From the NCBI GenBank assembly GCA_038087875.1, contig JAXLNO010000051.1:744001-808000 (forward strand): 64,000 bases of DNA, in the 5' to 3' direction. This stretch comes from Malacoraja senta (Eukaryota). This document shows positions 63,201-64,000 of this stretch, one piece after another. A program made the translations under genes and the position numbers. Every line of letters starts with the position of its first letter. Positions within the stretch are counted from its first letter, which is position 1. The notes below the pieces were generated by a model. It ran no database searches. It saw nothing but the letters and a program-made list of their open reading frames with translations, and was not told the DNA's origin.

Positions 63201-64000
63201 ATGTCCTGAAATTTCGTCGCCTTTAACGTCCTGAAATTTCGTCGCTTTATTCATCCTGATATTTCGTTGCTTTATTCGTCCTGATATTACATCGCTTTTC
63301 GCGTGCTGAATTTTTGTTGCTTTTTGCATGCTGAATTTTCGTCGCTTTTCGTGTGCTAAATTTTCGTCGCTTTTCACGTTCTGAAATTTAGTCACCTTTC
63401 GTGTGCGTAATTTTCGTCGCTTTTCACATCCTGAAGATTTGTCGCTTAACGTGTGCTGAATTTTTGTCACTTTACGCGTACTGAATTTTTGTTGGTATTA
63501 ACGTCCTGAAGGTTCCTCTCTTTTCGCCTGCTGAAATTTCGCCGTTTTTCAAGTTCAGAAATTTCGTCGCTTTCTGCGTCCTGTAATTTCATCACATTTC
63601 GCATGCTGAATTTTCGTCGCTTTTTGTGTACTGAAATTTCGGCGCATTTCGTGTGCTGATATTTCGTCGCTTTTCACATCCTGAAATTTCATCACTTTTG
63701 GCGTGCTGAATTTTCGTTGCTTTTCAAGTCCTGAAGGATCGTCGCTTTTCGCGTGCTGAAATGTTGCCATTTCACATGGTGAATTTTAGTCGCTTTTAGT
63801 ATGCTGAAATTTCGTCGCTTTTCACGTCCTGAAATGTCATCACTTTACGCGTGCTGAATTTTCGTTGCTTTTTGCATCCTGAAGGTTCGTCGCCTTTTGC
63901 CTGCTGAATTGTCATCACTTTTCGTGTGCTGAATTTTGGTCGCTTTTCGCGTGCTGAATTTCCGTTGCTTTTCACGTCCTGAAGGTTTGTCGCTTAACAC
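60255..64000. repeat. 25-bp tandem satellite array, block 5 (runs off the window end)
   Basis: Same monomer and orientation. Confidence 0.97.

Noticed and set aside
1..64000. Over 100 short Lys/Arg-rich (minus) and Phe-rich (plus) ORFs, superficially protamine-like or membrane peptides
   Set aside because: The minus-strand consensus monomer has no stop in any frame, so ORFs arise automatically. They are all under about 155 aa, occur in every frame and end at random mutations.
1..64000. CRISPR array (repeat of about 25 bp)
   Set aside because: Monomers are head-to-tail with no unique spacers, there are no cas genes, and the context is vertebrate-type LINEs.

Overview
Eukaryotic, gene-free heterochromatin-like window. 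About 80% is one CpG-rich 25-bp satellite (consensus + strand TGCTGAATTTTCGTCGCTTTTCGCR) in a single orientation. It is organised into nested duplications of about 0.2-8 kb, including a near-identical 1322-bp higher-order array at about 30-38 kb. Four minus-strand copies of one CR1-clade LINE family interrupt it. Copy 1 (11506-16042) is near full length, with a monomeric 5' UTR, an intact zinc-finger/coiled-coil/SGNH-esterase ORF1 and an ORF2 broken by two lesions. Copy 2 (39313-43391) is 5'-truncated and carries a nested L1-clade fragment, which probably carries a third small insert. Copies 3 and 4 are one insertion duplicated with its flanking satellite. The 3' ends resemble elasmobranch (shark/ray) CR1 elements, an inference from recall. 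The most notable signal is a correctly phased U_UUA_AAC slippery heptamer immediately before the ORF1 stop, whose -1 frame is the open ORF2 frame. This suggests programmed -1 ribosomal frameshifting in a LINE. The many short Lys/Arg-rich ORFs are artefacts of the satellite. No host genes, RNA genes or CRISPR arrays are supported.
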